Assembly: GCA_045596865.1 (NCBI GenBank)
Contig: JAZODF010000039.1
Coordinates: forward strand, 2,245-66,244
DNA: 64,000 nt
Direction: 5' to 3'
Origin: Eubacteriales bacterium
GTDB lineage: Bacteria > Bacillota > Clostridia > Oscillospirales > CAG-272
Shown: positions 9,804-18,677 of the stretch, one piece after another
Layout of the letters: each line of letters opens with the position of its first letter
Position numbering within the stretch: the stretch's first letter is position 1
Made by a program: the position numbers and the translations under genes
The notes under the pieces: model-generated
The model's input: only the letters and a program-made list of their open reading frames with translations
Databases searched by the model: none
What the model was told of the DNA's origin: nothing

Positions 9804-10700
9804 ATGACAGATATCACGAAACGGCTCGAATGCCCGAATTACACCCCCGATGCGGTTATCGACACCGACGCGTACAACGAGGTGGACGATCAGTTTGCCA
9901 TAGCCTATCTGCTCCGCTCGCAGGAGCGGGTGAAGACGGTTGCGATATACGCCGCGCCCTTCTCCTTCCCTCACATCAGCCCCGCCGAGGGCATGGAGGC
10001 GAGCTACCGCGAGATACTGACCCTCTTATCGCTGGTGGGCGAGGAGCGACCCGTGTACCGCGGATCGACCAAATACCTCGATAACGAGGCGACCCCCGTC
10101 GAGTCGGAGGCGGCACGCGACCTCGCGGCGCGGGCAATGAATTACACGCCCGACCGACCCCTGTACGTCATTGCAATCGGCGCGATCACCAACGTGGCGA
10201 GCGCGCTTCTCATAAACCCCGAGATACGCGAGCGAATCGTGGTAATCTGGCTCGGCGGTCACGCGCGGCACATGGATATCACCGACGAGTACAATATGCG
10301 CCAGGACGTCGCCGCGGCGCGCGTCGTGATGAGCTCGGGCGTCCCCTTCGTCCAGCTGCCCTGCGCGGGCGTCGTCAGCTCCTTTACCATTTCGGGTGAC
10401 GAGCTTCGCACGCGCCTTATCGGTCGCGGACCGCTTGCCGACCACCTTGCCGGCTACGTTCTCGAGGTAATGGCGCACCACGGGGATGCGGATTGGACGC
10501 GCGTGCTCTGGGACGTGACGGCGGTGGCGTGGCTAATCGACCGCGAGGGGCGGTTTATGCTCTCCCGTATTGAGAGCACCGTATTGCCCGATTACACCTG
10601 TCACTACGAAAAACGCGACACGGGTGCCCCCATGCGCTACGTTTTCCACATTTTTCGCGACGCGCTGATGCGCGACCTTATCGAAAAGATCACCGATTAA
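9804..10700 (+). CDS. Nucleoside hydrolase (IU-NH family)
   Basis: 298 aa. N-terminal aspartate cluster DTDAYNEVDDQFAIAYLL, which is the DxDxxxDD fingerprint. Confidence 0.85.
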   Translation: MTDITKRLECPNYTPDAVIDTDAYNEVDDQFAIAYLLRSQERVKTVAIYAAPFSFPHISPAEGMEASYREILTLLSLVGEERPVYRGSTKYLDNEATPVESEAARDLAARAMNYTPDRPLYVIAIGAITNVASALLINPEIRERIVVIWLGGHARHMDITDEYNMRQDVAAARVVMSSGVPFVQLPCAGVVSSFTISGDELRTRLIGRGPLADHLAGYVLEVMAHHGDADWTRVLWDVTAVAWLIDREGRFMLSRIESTVLPDYTCHYEKRDTGAPMRYVFHIFRDALMRDLIEKITD

Positions 10701-10741
10701 CGGCGGTGTAAAATACCCGCGAGCGGGCACAAAAAACACCG

Positions 10742-10775
10742 CAAAAAATCACCCACCCCGACGAGGGGTGGGTGT
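10742..10775 (-). terminator. Rho-independent terminator after pfkA
   Basis: Stem CACCCACCCC/GGGGTGGGTG, followed on the minus strand by ATTTTTTGC. Confidence 0.55.
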
Positions 10776-10782
10776 TGCCTTA

Positions 10783-11847
10783 TTACAGGTTGATCGTCTT
10801 GGAAATGCCGTACAGGCGCGCCATCGCCTGCTGCTTTTCGCGGATCTCGGCGCGCATTTTGCCGAGCTCGCGCTCGGTGAAGGCGTCAAGGTCGCCGTCC
10901 TTCAGCTTATCCTTATACATTCTGTCGAGGATAAGGGCGTAGTTGATGTCAATTGCGACGATGCTTCCCTTCTTCTCGCACATTACGAGGTTGGACTGAC
11001 CCTTGAGGAGCTGCTCAACCGCCATTGCGCCCATCGAGGATGCGAGGACGCGGTCCTTCAGGGTGGGGTTTCCGCCGCGCACGATGTGAGCGAAGCGGGC
11101 AAACTTGGTCTCGACGCCCGTCTTCTCCTGTACCGTCTTGGCAAGGGCGGGTCCGACGTCGCTGCCGACGCCCTCGGACACGATGATGATGAAATTACGC
11201 TTGCCGAGAGCCTTTGCGCGGCTGATACGCGCGCAGATGTCGTCAACGTCGTAGGTGAACTCGGGAATGATGACCGCGGTCGCGCCCGATGCGATACCGG
11301 TGGAAAGGGCGATGTCGCCCGCGCCGCGTCCCATAACCTCAACGACGTTGCATCTTGCGTGGGATTCGCAGGTGTCGCGGAGCTTGTCAACCAGCTCGAT
11401 AACCGTGTTCATCGCGGTGTCGAAGCCGATGGTGTTGTCGGTGGATGCGATATCGTTGTCGATCGTGCAGGGCACGCCGATACAGGGCACGCCGTGTTCG
11501 GTAAGGTCGGTCGCACCGCGGAAGGTGCCGTCGCCGCCGAGCGCAACGATGCCGTCGATGCCGAACTCACGGCAGGTTTCGACTGCCTTTGCCATGCCCT
11601 CGGGGGTGGCAAATTCGGGACAGCGGTCGGAGTAGAGGACTGTGCCGCCCTTGTTGATGATGTTGGACACGTCGCGGTAATCGAGCTTGCGGATGTCGCC
11701 GTCGATGAGTCCCGAGTATCCCCTGTATATACCCATAACCTCGACGTTATGGGAGAGCGCGGTACGGACCACGGCTCTGACTGCGGCGTTCATGCCGGGA
11801 GCGTCACCGCCCGAGGTCAACACGCCGATTCTCTTAAACTTTTTCAT
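10783..11847 (-). CDS. pfkA: ATP-dependent 6-phosphofructokinase
   Basis: IGVLTSGGDAPGMNAA, GGDGT and TIDND motifs. 354 aa. Confidence 0.9.
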   Translation of the reverse strand: MKKFKRIGVLTSGGDAPGMNAAVRAVVRTALSHNVEVMGIYRGYSGLIDGDIRKLDYRDVSNIINKGGTVLYSDRCPEFATPEGMAKAVETCREFGIDGIVALGGDGTFRGATDLTEHGVPCIGVPCTIDNDIASTDNTIGFDTAMNTVIELVDKLRDTCESHARCNVVEVMGRGAGDIALSTGIASGATAVIIPEFTYDVDDICARISRAKALGKRNFIIIVSEGVGSDVGPALAKTVQEKTGVETKFARFAHIVRGGNPTLKDRVLASSMGAMAVEQLLKGQSNLVMCEKKGSIVAIDINYALILDRMYKDKLKDGDLDAFTERELGKMRAEIREKQQAMARLYGISKTINL

Positions 11848-11889
11848 TTTCTACCTCTTTTTTGCTGTGTCGATTTTTAGTCTTTTACT

Positions 11890-11918
11890 ATTATACATTA
11901 TCCTTTTTGATTTTTCAA
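11890..11918 (-). promoter_or_regulatory. Putative pfkA promoter
   Basis: Minus strand TTGAAA-N17-TATAAT. Two direct copies of CCTTTTTGATTTTTC (11902-11916 and 11921-11935) overlap it. Confidence 0.45.
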
Positions 11919-12008
11919 TGCCTTTTTGATTTTTCGCAAACTTTTTCCGAAAGTAGTATTTCTCCCATATATTTTATGCGCGCCAAGCGCAAATACCCGT
12001 GCGACCGC

Positions 12009-12037
12009 TTGATTTGTTCATATCCGTGTGGTAAAAT
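12009..12037 (+). promoter_or_regulatory. Island-1 promoter, near-identical to the RHS promoter
   Basis: TTGATT-N17-(TGG)TAAAAT with extended -10. The 40-nt block 12009-12048 matches 43767-43806 at 37/40 positions. Confidence 0.6.
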
Positions 12038-12097
12038 ATAGGTGGAATTATTAAAACAAATATAACGATTCAATTTATTAAAAGACGTTTTAATGGA

Positions 12098-12355
12098 ATG
12101 GGGCAAACTATAGTGAGAAGACAAAAAGGTAATGAAGGCGAAGAATATATCAATGCCTTTCCAAAATTTAAAAAATGGATTAATGAATGTATGTGTTGTC
12201 ATGAAAAAGGATATAATCCATCAATGCCTGAAAAAATCACAACAGTTGACGGATCATTAGAGGTGTACTATATAAAAAAGTATTTTAAGCCTTTGTTGTT
12301 AAATAAAGATGGTTTGTGCCCACTATGTGAAAAACTACTGAACAAAAAACAGTAA
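12098..12355 (+). CDS. Small Cys-rich (zinc-ribbon-like) hypothetical protein
   Basis: 85 aa, AT-rich. Cys pattern CMCC...CPLC. No convincing RBS, so coding status is uncertain. Confidence 0.4.
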   Translation: MGQTIVRRQKGNEGEEYINAFPKFKKWINECMCCHEKGYNPSMPEKITTVDGSLEVYYIKKYFKPLLLNKDGLCPLCEKLLNKKQ

Positions 12356-12399
12356 ACGGGTTTTATTGATCGATTTGTTTAATTGAATGGGAGATTTCA

Positions 12400-12831
12400 A
12401 TGGATAAATTCATAGTTGATGACATGAAAAAGGAATCGAGAATGGGTTGCCCCCTTATGATAATAAGCTACATATTGGCGGTGTTGACGCTTGTGTATAA
12501 TTATCATACAAGAGAATACAGCAACAAAGAGATGTTAATTATTTTCCTCGTGTTTCTTTTCCTTGGAGCATACAGCATGTATGTATGGCTTTATGGTATT
12601 AATTACAGGGTTGAGTTTAACAACGAAAAAGTTTACTTAAGAACTCTGTTTAGACGAATAGAGCTCAGTATATGCGATGTTAAAAAATACACCTGTAAGA
12701 GGTATAAGAAAAGCGTTTTCTATCAATTCAATCTGATAACAAAAGATAGAAAGGTGTTGATTAACACCAGATACAAAGACGAGTTTGAAAAGGTGTTAAA
12801 AAATAACAACGTCGAGCAAGTAGCTAAATAA
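12400..12831 (+). CDS. Hypothetical 2-TM membrane protein with basic soluble C-terminal domain
   Basis: 143 aa. GGGAG RBS. Two hydrophobic helices, then a Lys/Arg-rich beta-type domain. Confidence 0.6.
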   Translation: MDKFIVDDMKKESRMGCPLMIISYILAVLTLVYNYHTREYSNKEMLIIFLVFLFLGAYSMYVWLYGINYRVEFNNEKVYLRTLFRRIELSICDVKKYTCKRYKKSVFYQFNLITKDRKVLINTRYKDEFEKVLKNNNVEQVAK

Positions 12832-12875
12832 CGTGGTGTGGTTTTAATGATAATGAGAGTAATAGAAAGGTTAAT

Positions 12876-13274
12876 ATGATAATCATTGCTCAAATAGCAT
12901 TTGTTGGTCTGTGCTTTACCTCAACAAGCTTTCTGCACTTATACAAATTTCCTACAGCCAATAAGATTATAACGATCGTAGGAATTATTATTAATTTCTG
13001 TGCCGTTGTATTAGAGCTTATATTTTGGGATTCCTTGATTTATCAGAAAAGTGTTTTAATAATAAGCGTATTACTTCTTACACTTATGTTTTGTATAGCT
13101 GAAATAGCCTGCAAGAAAAAGTACATAAATGTAATAGGAGATTACATCAAAGCAATCATGGAAACATCGTCACATAATCTCACAAACAGTGATATTCAAA
13201 AGCTCTTGCTAAAATCATATAACGAATATGCTTCTTTGAAGGATATAGAGAAAGCACGTCAACTCATACTTTGA
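12876..13274 (+). CDS. Hypothetical 3-TM membrane protein (holin-like topology)
   Basis: 132 aa. GAAAGG RBS. Three hydrophobic helices and an approximately 55-aa hydrophilic helical tail. Confidence 0.6.
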   Translation: MIIIAQIAFVGLCFTSTSFLHLYKFPTANKIITIVGIIINFCAVVLELIFWDSLIYQKSVLIISVLLLTLMFCIAEIACKKKYINVIGDYIKAIMETSSHNLTNSDIQKLLLKSYNEYASLKDIEKARQLIL

Positions 13275-13319
13275 AAACAGACTATTCATATTATAAATCG
13301 TTTTTTGCGAGGTAAGCCT

Positions 13320-13865
13320 ATGAAACTAAAGCTTAACGATGAACCAACAAAAAACATTATTTTGTTTTCTCTTGTAACGATTGCAACTGCGATTTTTACG
13401 ATTTTTCTTTTTACTATTCCGGGTGGTCCTGTAAAGTATAGTGAGAAAAATACATACGAGGTGAGAGGGATAGTAACAGATTTCGAATATGTTCCTCCTA
13501 CTTATTTTGGAGAAAAAATCAGGCATCCTCACATTATCCATTTAGATAACGGTACTGACTGCGTTTTTAATTATTATAATTACGAAATGTATTACAACGA
13601 TCCTGATCAATCAAAAATCAAGAATGAACTTGAAGGTCAATATGTTGTAATTCGATTGTCAAAAATAAATGACAGAGTCATTACTATAAACACGGATGAA
13701 AAATGCTACCTATCTTTTGAAGCAAGCAACAGACAGCATATTATTGGAATAATTGGAGTTGTGTTGCTTGATTTCTCTGTTTTGTTTTCTGCGTATGTGT
13801 TTTGGATAAACCCGATTATTAGTATCAAAAAATGGAAAAAGAAAAAACGGATAAAGAAAAAATAA
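13320..13865 (+). CDS. Hypothetical bitopic membrane protein (N- and C-terminal TM, poly-Lys tail)
   Basis: Start set to MKLKLND (GAGGT RBS 6 nt upstream). About 181 aa. TM, then an approximately 110-aa Tyr/Asn-rich domain, then TM, then KKWKKKKRIKKK. Confidence 0.6.
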   Translation: MKLKLNDEPTKNIILFSLVTIATAIFTIFLFTIPGGPVKYSEKNTYEVRGIVTDFEYVPPTYFGEKIRHPHIIHLDNGTDCVFNYYNYEMYYNDPDQSKIKNELEGQYVVIRLSKINDRVITINTDEKCYLSFEASNRQHIIGIIGVVLLDFSVLFSAYVFWINPIISIKKWKKKKRIKKK

Positions 13866-13889
13866 CTTGTAAATCAATTTATACTCTTT

Positions 13890-13921
13890 GCGAGCTCTCC
13901 TTCGGGAGGGCTCGCTTTTTG
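13890..13921 (+). terminator. Island-1 terminator, identical to the RHS-locus terminator
   Basis: GCGAGCTCTCC-TTCG-GGAGGGCTCGC then TTTTTG. 32/32 identical to 48728-48759. Confidence 0.8.
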
Positions 13922-14046
13922 CTTTGCGGGGGCTTGCGGGCGGCGGGGTGGCGCGTGCGCGTGTGCAGTAGTATCAAAATAAGGTTGTGGGGTTGGGTTT
14001 TTGGGAAATTTGGTGCCATTTTTTTAGGAAATTGCCGCCTTGGCGA

Positions 14047-14075
14047 TTGACAAAGCCGCGGCTTTATGCTATAAT
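14047..14075 (+). promoter_or_regulatory. Sigma-A type promoter
   Basis: TTGACA-N17-TATAAT upstream of the MGS-like gene. Confidence 0.5.
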
Positions 14076-14148
14076 GGCTTAAAATGCAGTATAATGGCTT
14101 TACGGGCGGAACGCCCATTTCATATTACCACGAACGGAGGACAGGGGC

Positions 14149-14577
14149 ATGTATATTGCTATAATCGCTGACGATAACAAAAAGGAGCTCATGGCGCAGT
14201 TCTGCATCGCTTATTGCGGAATTTTGTGCAAGCACAACCTTTACGCGACCCACATCACGGGTAAATACATTTCCGACGCAACCGGCCTCGAGATCGAGAC
14301 CCTTCTCTCCGGTAGCGAGGGCGGCACCGAGCAGATCGCATCCATGGTCGCATTCAACGAGATCGACCTCGTGCTCTACTTCCGCAACACCGCGGTAGAG
14401 CGTGAGATGTATGAGTCGGACACCAACCTTCTGCGCCTTTGCGACGTTTACAATATTCCCGTCGCAACCAACATCGCCACCGCCGAGGTGCTTGTAACCG
14501 CGCTGGAGGCGGGCTCGCTCAGCTGGCGCGATTTCATCAACCCGAGAAGCGAGTACAACCTCAAAAAGAGAAAATGA
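14149..14577 (+). CDS. Methylglyoxal synthase-like (MGS-like) domain protein
   Basis: 142 aa. It aligns by eye to MgsA (LYATHITGKYISDATG, NIPVATNIATAE), but positions I recall as catalytic are substituted. Confidence 0.7.
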   Translation: MYIAIIADDNKKELMAQFCIAYCGILCKHNLYATHITGKYISDATGLEIETLLSGSEGGTEQIASMVAFNEIDLVLYFRNTAVEREMYESDTNLLRLCDVYNIPVATNIATAEVLVTALEAGSLSWRDFINPRSEYNLKKRK

Positions 14578-14656
14578 TCATTGCCGCGGGATAACTGTGC
14601 CGCGGCATAACGAGTGGCTGTCGATTGACAGCCACTTTTAAATAAAGGAAGACAAA

Positions 14657-15106
14657 ATGAGAACCATAAAGACAGCCAAGATCACCGTCCGATCGGTGAT
14701 CGACAACCTCGAGGGCGGCCTGCCCGAGGGGGACCCCGAGGTAAACGCCATTACCTCCGAGGGTAGCTACACCGTGCATGACGGCGGATATATCATCAGA
14801 TACGCCGAGGTGTCCGAGGAGGCGCGGACGGATTGCGAGCTTCGTATTCAGAGAGAGGGTGTGAGCCTGACCCGCCGCGGTGCGGTCGTGTGCGACATCC
14901 TGTTCGAGGAGGGGGAGGAATGTGTGACCCTCTACTCGGTGCCTCCCTACCGCTTTGATATGACGGTGCGGACGCGGAGAATACGCAATAGCCTGACCCC
15001 CGAGGGCGGCGAGCTGCAGCTCATATACTCGATGAACGTGGGCGGACAGGACAAGGACGTGCGCATGCGCATCGGTGTGAAGGTGGAGGCGGTCGATGGA
15101 GATTAA
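14657..15106 (+). CDS. DUF1934-like (YwiB-type beta-barrel) protein
   Basis: 149 aa with size and beta-rich pattern typical of DUF1934. The call rests on recollection of the family only. Confidence 0.45.
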   Translation: MRTIKTAKITVRSVIDNLEGGLPEGDPEVNAITSEGSYTVHDGGYIIRYAEVSEEARTDCELRIQREGVSLTRRGAVVCDILFEEGEECVTLYSVPPYRFDMTVRTRRIRNSLTPEGGELQLIYSMNVGGQDKDVRMRIGVKVEAVDGD

Positions 15107-16124
15107 CGAGCTTCGTGCGCGGCTGAAGGACGGGCGGCTTGGCGGCTGCTTCATCCTCGCGGGCGAGGAGGACTACCTCAAGAGGTATTACCTCACCAAG
15201 ATTCGCGAGGCGATCGTGACCGACGAGGCGTTTGCCACCTTCAATTACGCGGTCTATGATGGGGCGGAGGTCAATTTCGCCGCCATCCGTGACGACATAA
15301 CCTCGCCGCCGATGATGGCAGACGGCAAGCTCATCGAATGGCGGTACCCCAATTTTGACAAGATGAAGGAGGCGGACCTCGCCCTGTTTGAGGACACGGT
15401 GGCCCTGCTTTCCGAATATGAATACGCGACGCTCGTTTTCCTCGTGGCGGAGGACGGGCTGACCCTCGGCGTCGGCAAGCGCGAGTCAAAGCTCGAAAAG
15501 CGGCTCGCAAAATCGGCAAATCTCCTGAATTTCGGGATGCAGACCGACGCCGCGCTGATCTCCTGGCTCGGTAAGCATTTCGACGCGGAGGGAATCAAGG
15601 TCAGCGGGGCGGTGCTAAGCAGCCTGCTTTTCCGCGTCGGTCACTCGATGACCGTGCTGAACGAGGAGGTCACGAAGCTATGCGCGATGGCGAAGGCGCG
15701 CGGCAAGGCGGAGATAACCGAGGCGGATATCGTCGAGGTGTGCTCTTCGACGCCCGAGTGCGATACCTTTGCCCTGTCGAACGCGATCCTCGCGCGGGAC
15801 AAGAGAATGGCGCTCGCCGCGCTTGACGAGATGAAGTCGCGCAGGGTCGACCCAATGATGATCCTCGGCATGATTTCAAAGACCTACTCCGAGCTTCTCG
15901 AGGTCATTTCGATGCTCGCGGACGGTATGGGCTCCGCGGATATACAGGCGGCGACGGGCATGAACGCATATCGACTGAAGCATTATATTAACGCCGCACC
16001 GAAATTCAGCCCGCAAAGGGCGCTAAACATCCTCTCCGAGCTGCAAAGAGTTGACACGGGGTCGAAGTTTGGCGGAGTTACGGGCTACACCGCGCTCGAG
16101 CTGTTTATCACCAAGTGCGTGTAA
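15096..16124 (+). CDS. holA: DNA polymerase III subunit delta
   Basis: 342 aa. N-terminal FILAGEEDYLKRYY-type motif, with length and helical C-terminal domain typical of HolA. Confidence 0.85.
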   Translation: MEINELRARLKDGRLGGCFILAGEEDYLKRYYLTKIREAIVTDEAFATFNYAVYDGAEVNFAAIRDDITSPPMMADGKLIEWRYPNFDKMKEADLALFEDTVALLSEYEYATLVFLVAEDGLTLGVGKRESKLEKRLAKSANLLNFGMQTDAALISWLGKHFDAEGIKVSGAVLSSLLFRVGHSMTVLNEEVTKLCAMAKARGKAEITEADIVEVCSSTPECDTFALSNAILARDKRMALAALDEMKSRRVDPMMILGMISKTYSELLEVISMLADGMGSADIQAATGMNAYRLKHYINAAPKFSPQRALNILSELQRVDTGSKFGGVTGYTALELFITKCV

Positions 16125-16175
16125 CGGGCGGATGAAATGTAAATAATTATTGACAAAGATTTAAGGAACGACACA

Positions 16176-16775
16176 ATGAAAAGATTTATAAAACCGATTA
16201 TTTCCCTGCTCCTTCTTATCGTTATGCTGACGGGGGTTATGACCTCCTGCGGCAGGAAGAAGGAGTACGTTAAGCTGACCATCGAGGGGCTTGGCGACAT
16301 CGTTATTCAGCTCGATTACGAGAGCGCACCCAAGACCTGCGAGAACTTTGTAAAGCTGGTTGACGAGGGCTTCTACGACGGTCTGACCTTCCACAGGGTT
16401 ATCGAGAACTTTATGATACAGGGCGGATGCCCGAAGGCAGACGGCACGGGTGACGCGGGCTATAACATCCCCGGCGAATTTTTCTATAACGGTTGGGCGA
16501 ACAACCACATAAACCACACACGCGGCGTTATTTCGATGGCGCGCGGCGGCTATTCGATGGATTCGGCGTCCTGCCAATTCTTCATCGTCGTGGCGGACTA
16601 CCCCTCCCTCAACGGTCAGTATGCGGCATTCGGCTACGTTATCGAGGGCATGGACGTCGTTGACGCGATCGTAGACAACACCGCCCACCTCGCAATCAGC
16701 AACGGCATGGGCATCCCGAAGGAAAGCCAGGCAAAGATCGAGAAGGCAGAGAGCTTCTACAAGTGGGATAACTGA
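16176..16775 (+). CDS. Peptidyl-prolyl cis-trans isomerase, cyclophilin type, lipoprotein
   Basis: Lipobox LTGVMTSC. Cyclophilin signature FHRVIENFMIQGG. Confidence 0.9.
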   Translation: MKRFIKPIISLLLLIVMLTGVMTSCGRKKEYVKLTIEGLGDIVIQLDYESAPKTCENFVKLVDEGFYDGLTFHRVIENFMIQGGCPKADGTGDAGYNIPGEFFYNGWANNHINHTRGVISMARGGYSMDSASCQFFIVVADYPSLNGQYAAFGYVIEGMDVVDAIVDNTAHLAISNGMGIPKESQAKIEKAESFYKWDN

Positions 16776-16888
16776 TCCCGAAGCGTTGCCCGCGCGGCGA
16801 AAAGCCCCGCAAAACGCGACACCTCCCCCGACCGACTGCAAAATTTCACCTCTTTTTTATCCGTCGGGCGGACAATTGAAAAAACGTA

Positions 16889-16917
16889 TTGACAAGCGCG
16901 CCGCGGCGTGCTACAAT
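16889..16917 (+). promoter_or_regulatory. Sigma-A type promoter upstream of guaB
   Basis: TTGACA-N17-TACAAT. Confidence 0.5.
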
Positions 16918-16991
16918 ATCAAATAATTTATTTTGCGTACACGCAAAGCACAAAGGAAAAGAAATTCTAAAAAATAAGTGAGGATGAAAAA

Positions 16992-18491
16992 ATGGCAACC
17001 TATTTTACCGAGCCCTCCCGCACGTTTTCCGAGTACCTTCTTATCCCCGGGTACACAGACGAGAGATGCATTCCGTCGAACGTTTCGCTAAGAACCCCTC
17101 TCGTAAAGTACCGCAAGGGTGAGGAGGAGTGCCCCATCTCCATCAACATCCCCCTCGTCAGCGCGATCATGCAGTCGGTATCAAACGACACGATGGCGAT
17201 CGCACTCGCGAAGGAGGGCGGCCTCTCCTTCATCTACGGCAATCAGTCGATAGAGAACGAGGCGGCGATGGTAGCGCGGGTCAAGAATTACAAGGCGGGA
17301 TTCGTTATCAGCGACTCTAACCTCGTGCCCGACGACACGCTCGAGGACGTGCTCCGCCTCTATGAACAGAAGGGCCACTCGACGATGGCGGTCACTGACG
17401 ACGGTAGCGCGACGGGCAGACTGCTCGGTATCGTGACGAGCCGTGATTACAGGGTATCGAGAATGTCGCTCGACGAGAAGGTGCACACCTTCATGACCCC
17501 GATCGAAAAGCTCATCACCGCGCCCGAGGGAACCACACTCAAGGTTGCCAACGACATCATCTGGGAGCACAAGCTCAACTCGCTTCCCATCGTGGACGCG
17601 GAGGGCAGGCTCAAATATTTCGTATTCCGCAAGGATTACTCACAGCACAAGGAGAATCCGCAGGAGCTGCTCGACGGACAGAAGAGATACATGGTCGGCG
17701 CGGGTATCAACACCCGTGACTACGAGACCCGCGTGCCCGCGCTCGTTGAGGCGGGTGCAGACGTGCTCTGCATCGATTCGTCCGAGGGATATACCGTATG
17801 GCAGAAGAGAACGATCGATTTCATCCGCGAGCGCTACGGCGACAGCGTGAAGGTTGGCGCAGGTAACGTCGTAGACCGCGAGGGCTTCCTCTTCCTTGCC
17901 GAGGCGGGTGCCGATTTCGTTAAGGTCGGTATCGGCGGCGGCTCCATCTGCATTACCCGTGCGACCAAGGGTATCGGCCGCGGACAGGCCTCCGCAGTCA
18001 TCGAGGTTGCAGCGGCGCGCGACGAGTATTACGAGAAGACGGGCATTTACGTTCCCATCTGCTCCGACGGCGGTATCGTGCACGATTATCACATGACCCT
18101 CGCTCTTGCGATGGGATCGGATTTCATAATGATGGGCAGATATTTCGCAAAGTTTGACGAGTCCCCGATGCCGAAGGTAACCATCGGCGGCGTGCAGTAC
18201 AAGGAGTATTTCGGCGAGGGCTCCAACCGTGCGAAGAACTGGCAGCGGTATGACCTCGGCGGCAAGGTCGGCCTCTCCTTTGAGGAGGGTGTCGACGCCT
18301 ACGTCCCCGCGGCAGGACCGCTTCACGACGGTGTCGAGATGTCGCTTTACAAGGTGAAGTCCACCATGTGCAACTGCGGCGCGATCACCATCCCCGAGCT
18401 CCAAGAGAAGGCGAAGCTGACCCTCGTGTCCGCGACCTCCATCGTCGAGGGCGATTATCACGACGTAACGCTCAGAAGCAATATTAAGTAA
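16992..18491 (+). CDS. guaB: IMP dehydrogenase
   Basis: 499 aa. Catalytic loop [12 protein letters not shown] and an inserted CBS-pair region. Confidence 0.85.
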   Translation: MATYFTEPSRTFSEYLLIPGYTDERCIPSNVSLRTPLVKYRKGEEECPISINIPLVSAIMQSVSNDTMAIALAKEGGLSFIYGNQSIENEAAMVARVKNYKAGFVISDSNLVPDDTLEDVLRLYEQKGHSTMAVTDDGSATGRLLGIVTSRDYRVSRMSLDEKVHTFMTPIEKLITAPEGTTLKVANDIIWEHKLNSLPIVDAEGRLKYFVFRKDYSQHKENPQELLDGQKRYMVGAGINTRDYETRVPALVEAGADVLCIDSSEGYTVWQKRTIDFIRERYGDSVKVGAGNVVDREGFLFLAEAGADFVKVGIGGGSICITRATKGIGRGQASAVIEVAAARDEYYEKTGIYVPICSDGGIVHDYHMTLALAMGSDFIMMGRYFAKFDESPMPKVTIGGVQYKEYFGEGSNRAKNWQRYDLGGKVGLSFEEGVDAYVPAAGPLHDGVEMSLYKVKSTMCNCGAITIPELQEKAKLTLVSATSIVEGDYHDVTLRSNIK

Positions 18492-18518
18492 ACCTTTCTT
18501 TACAATTTATCATCAAAT

Positions 18519-18558
18519 GGGAGCAGACGCCGTATGAGCGTCCGCTCCCTCGGTTTTT
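18519..18558 (+). terminator. Rho-independent terminator after guaB
   Basis: 12-bp stem GGGAGCAGACGC/GCGTCCGCTCCC with 1 mismatch, then TCGGTTTTT. Confidence 0.65.
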
Positions 18559-18677
18559 CATTTAATTTAACACGGGTACGGACTTAGTGCTGTTTTGAGC
18601 GCACATCACCGAGATTTTCGGCCCGTCACCGGGTGGCGCGGGGTCAGCCCCCGCCCGCCCGTATCACAGGAGAGAAA

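Noticed and set aside
10768-11880. 370-aa ORF on the plus strand
   Set aside because: It is antisense to pfkA.
12050-12400. Orphan RHS C-terminal fragment at the head of island 1
   Set aside because: I looked for YD repeats, a DPxG core end or a Gly-zipper segment in all three forward frames and saw none. Only the promoter and 5' leader are shared with the RHS cassette.
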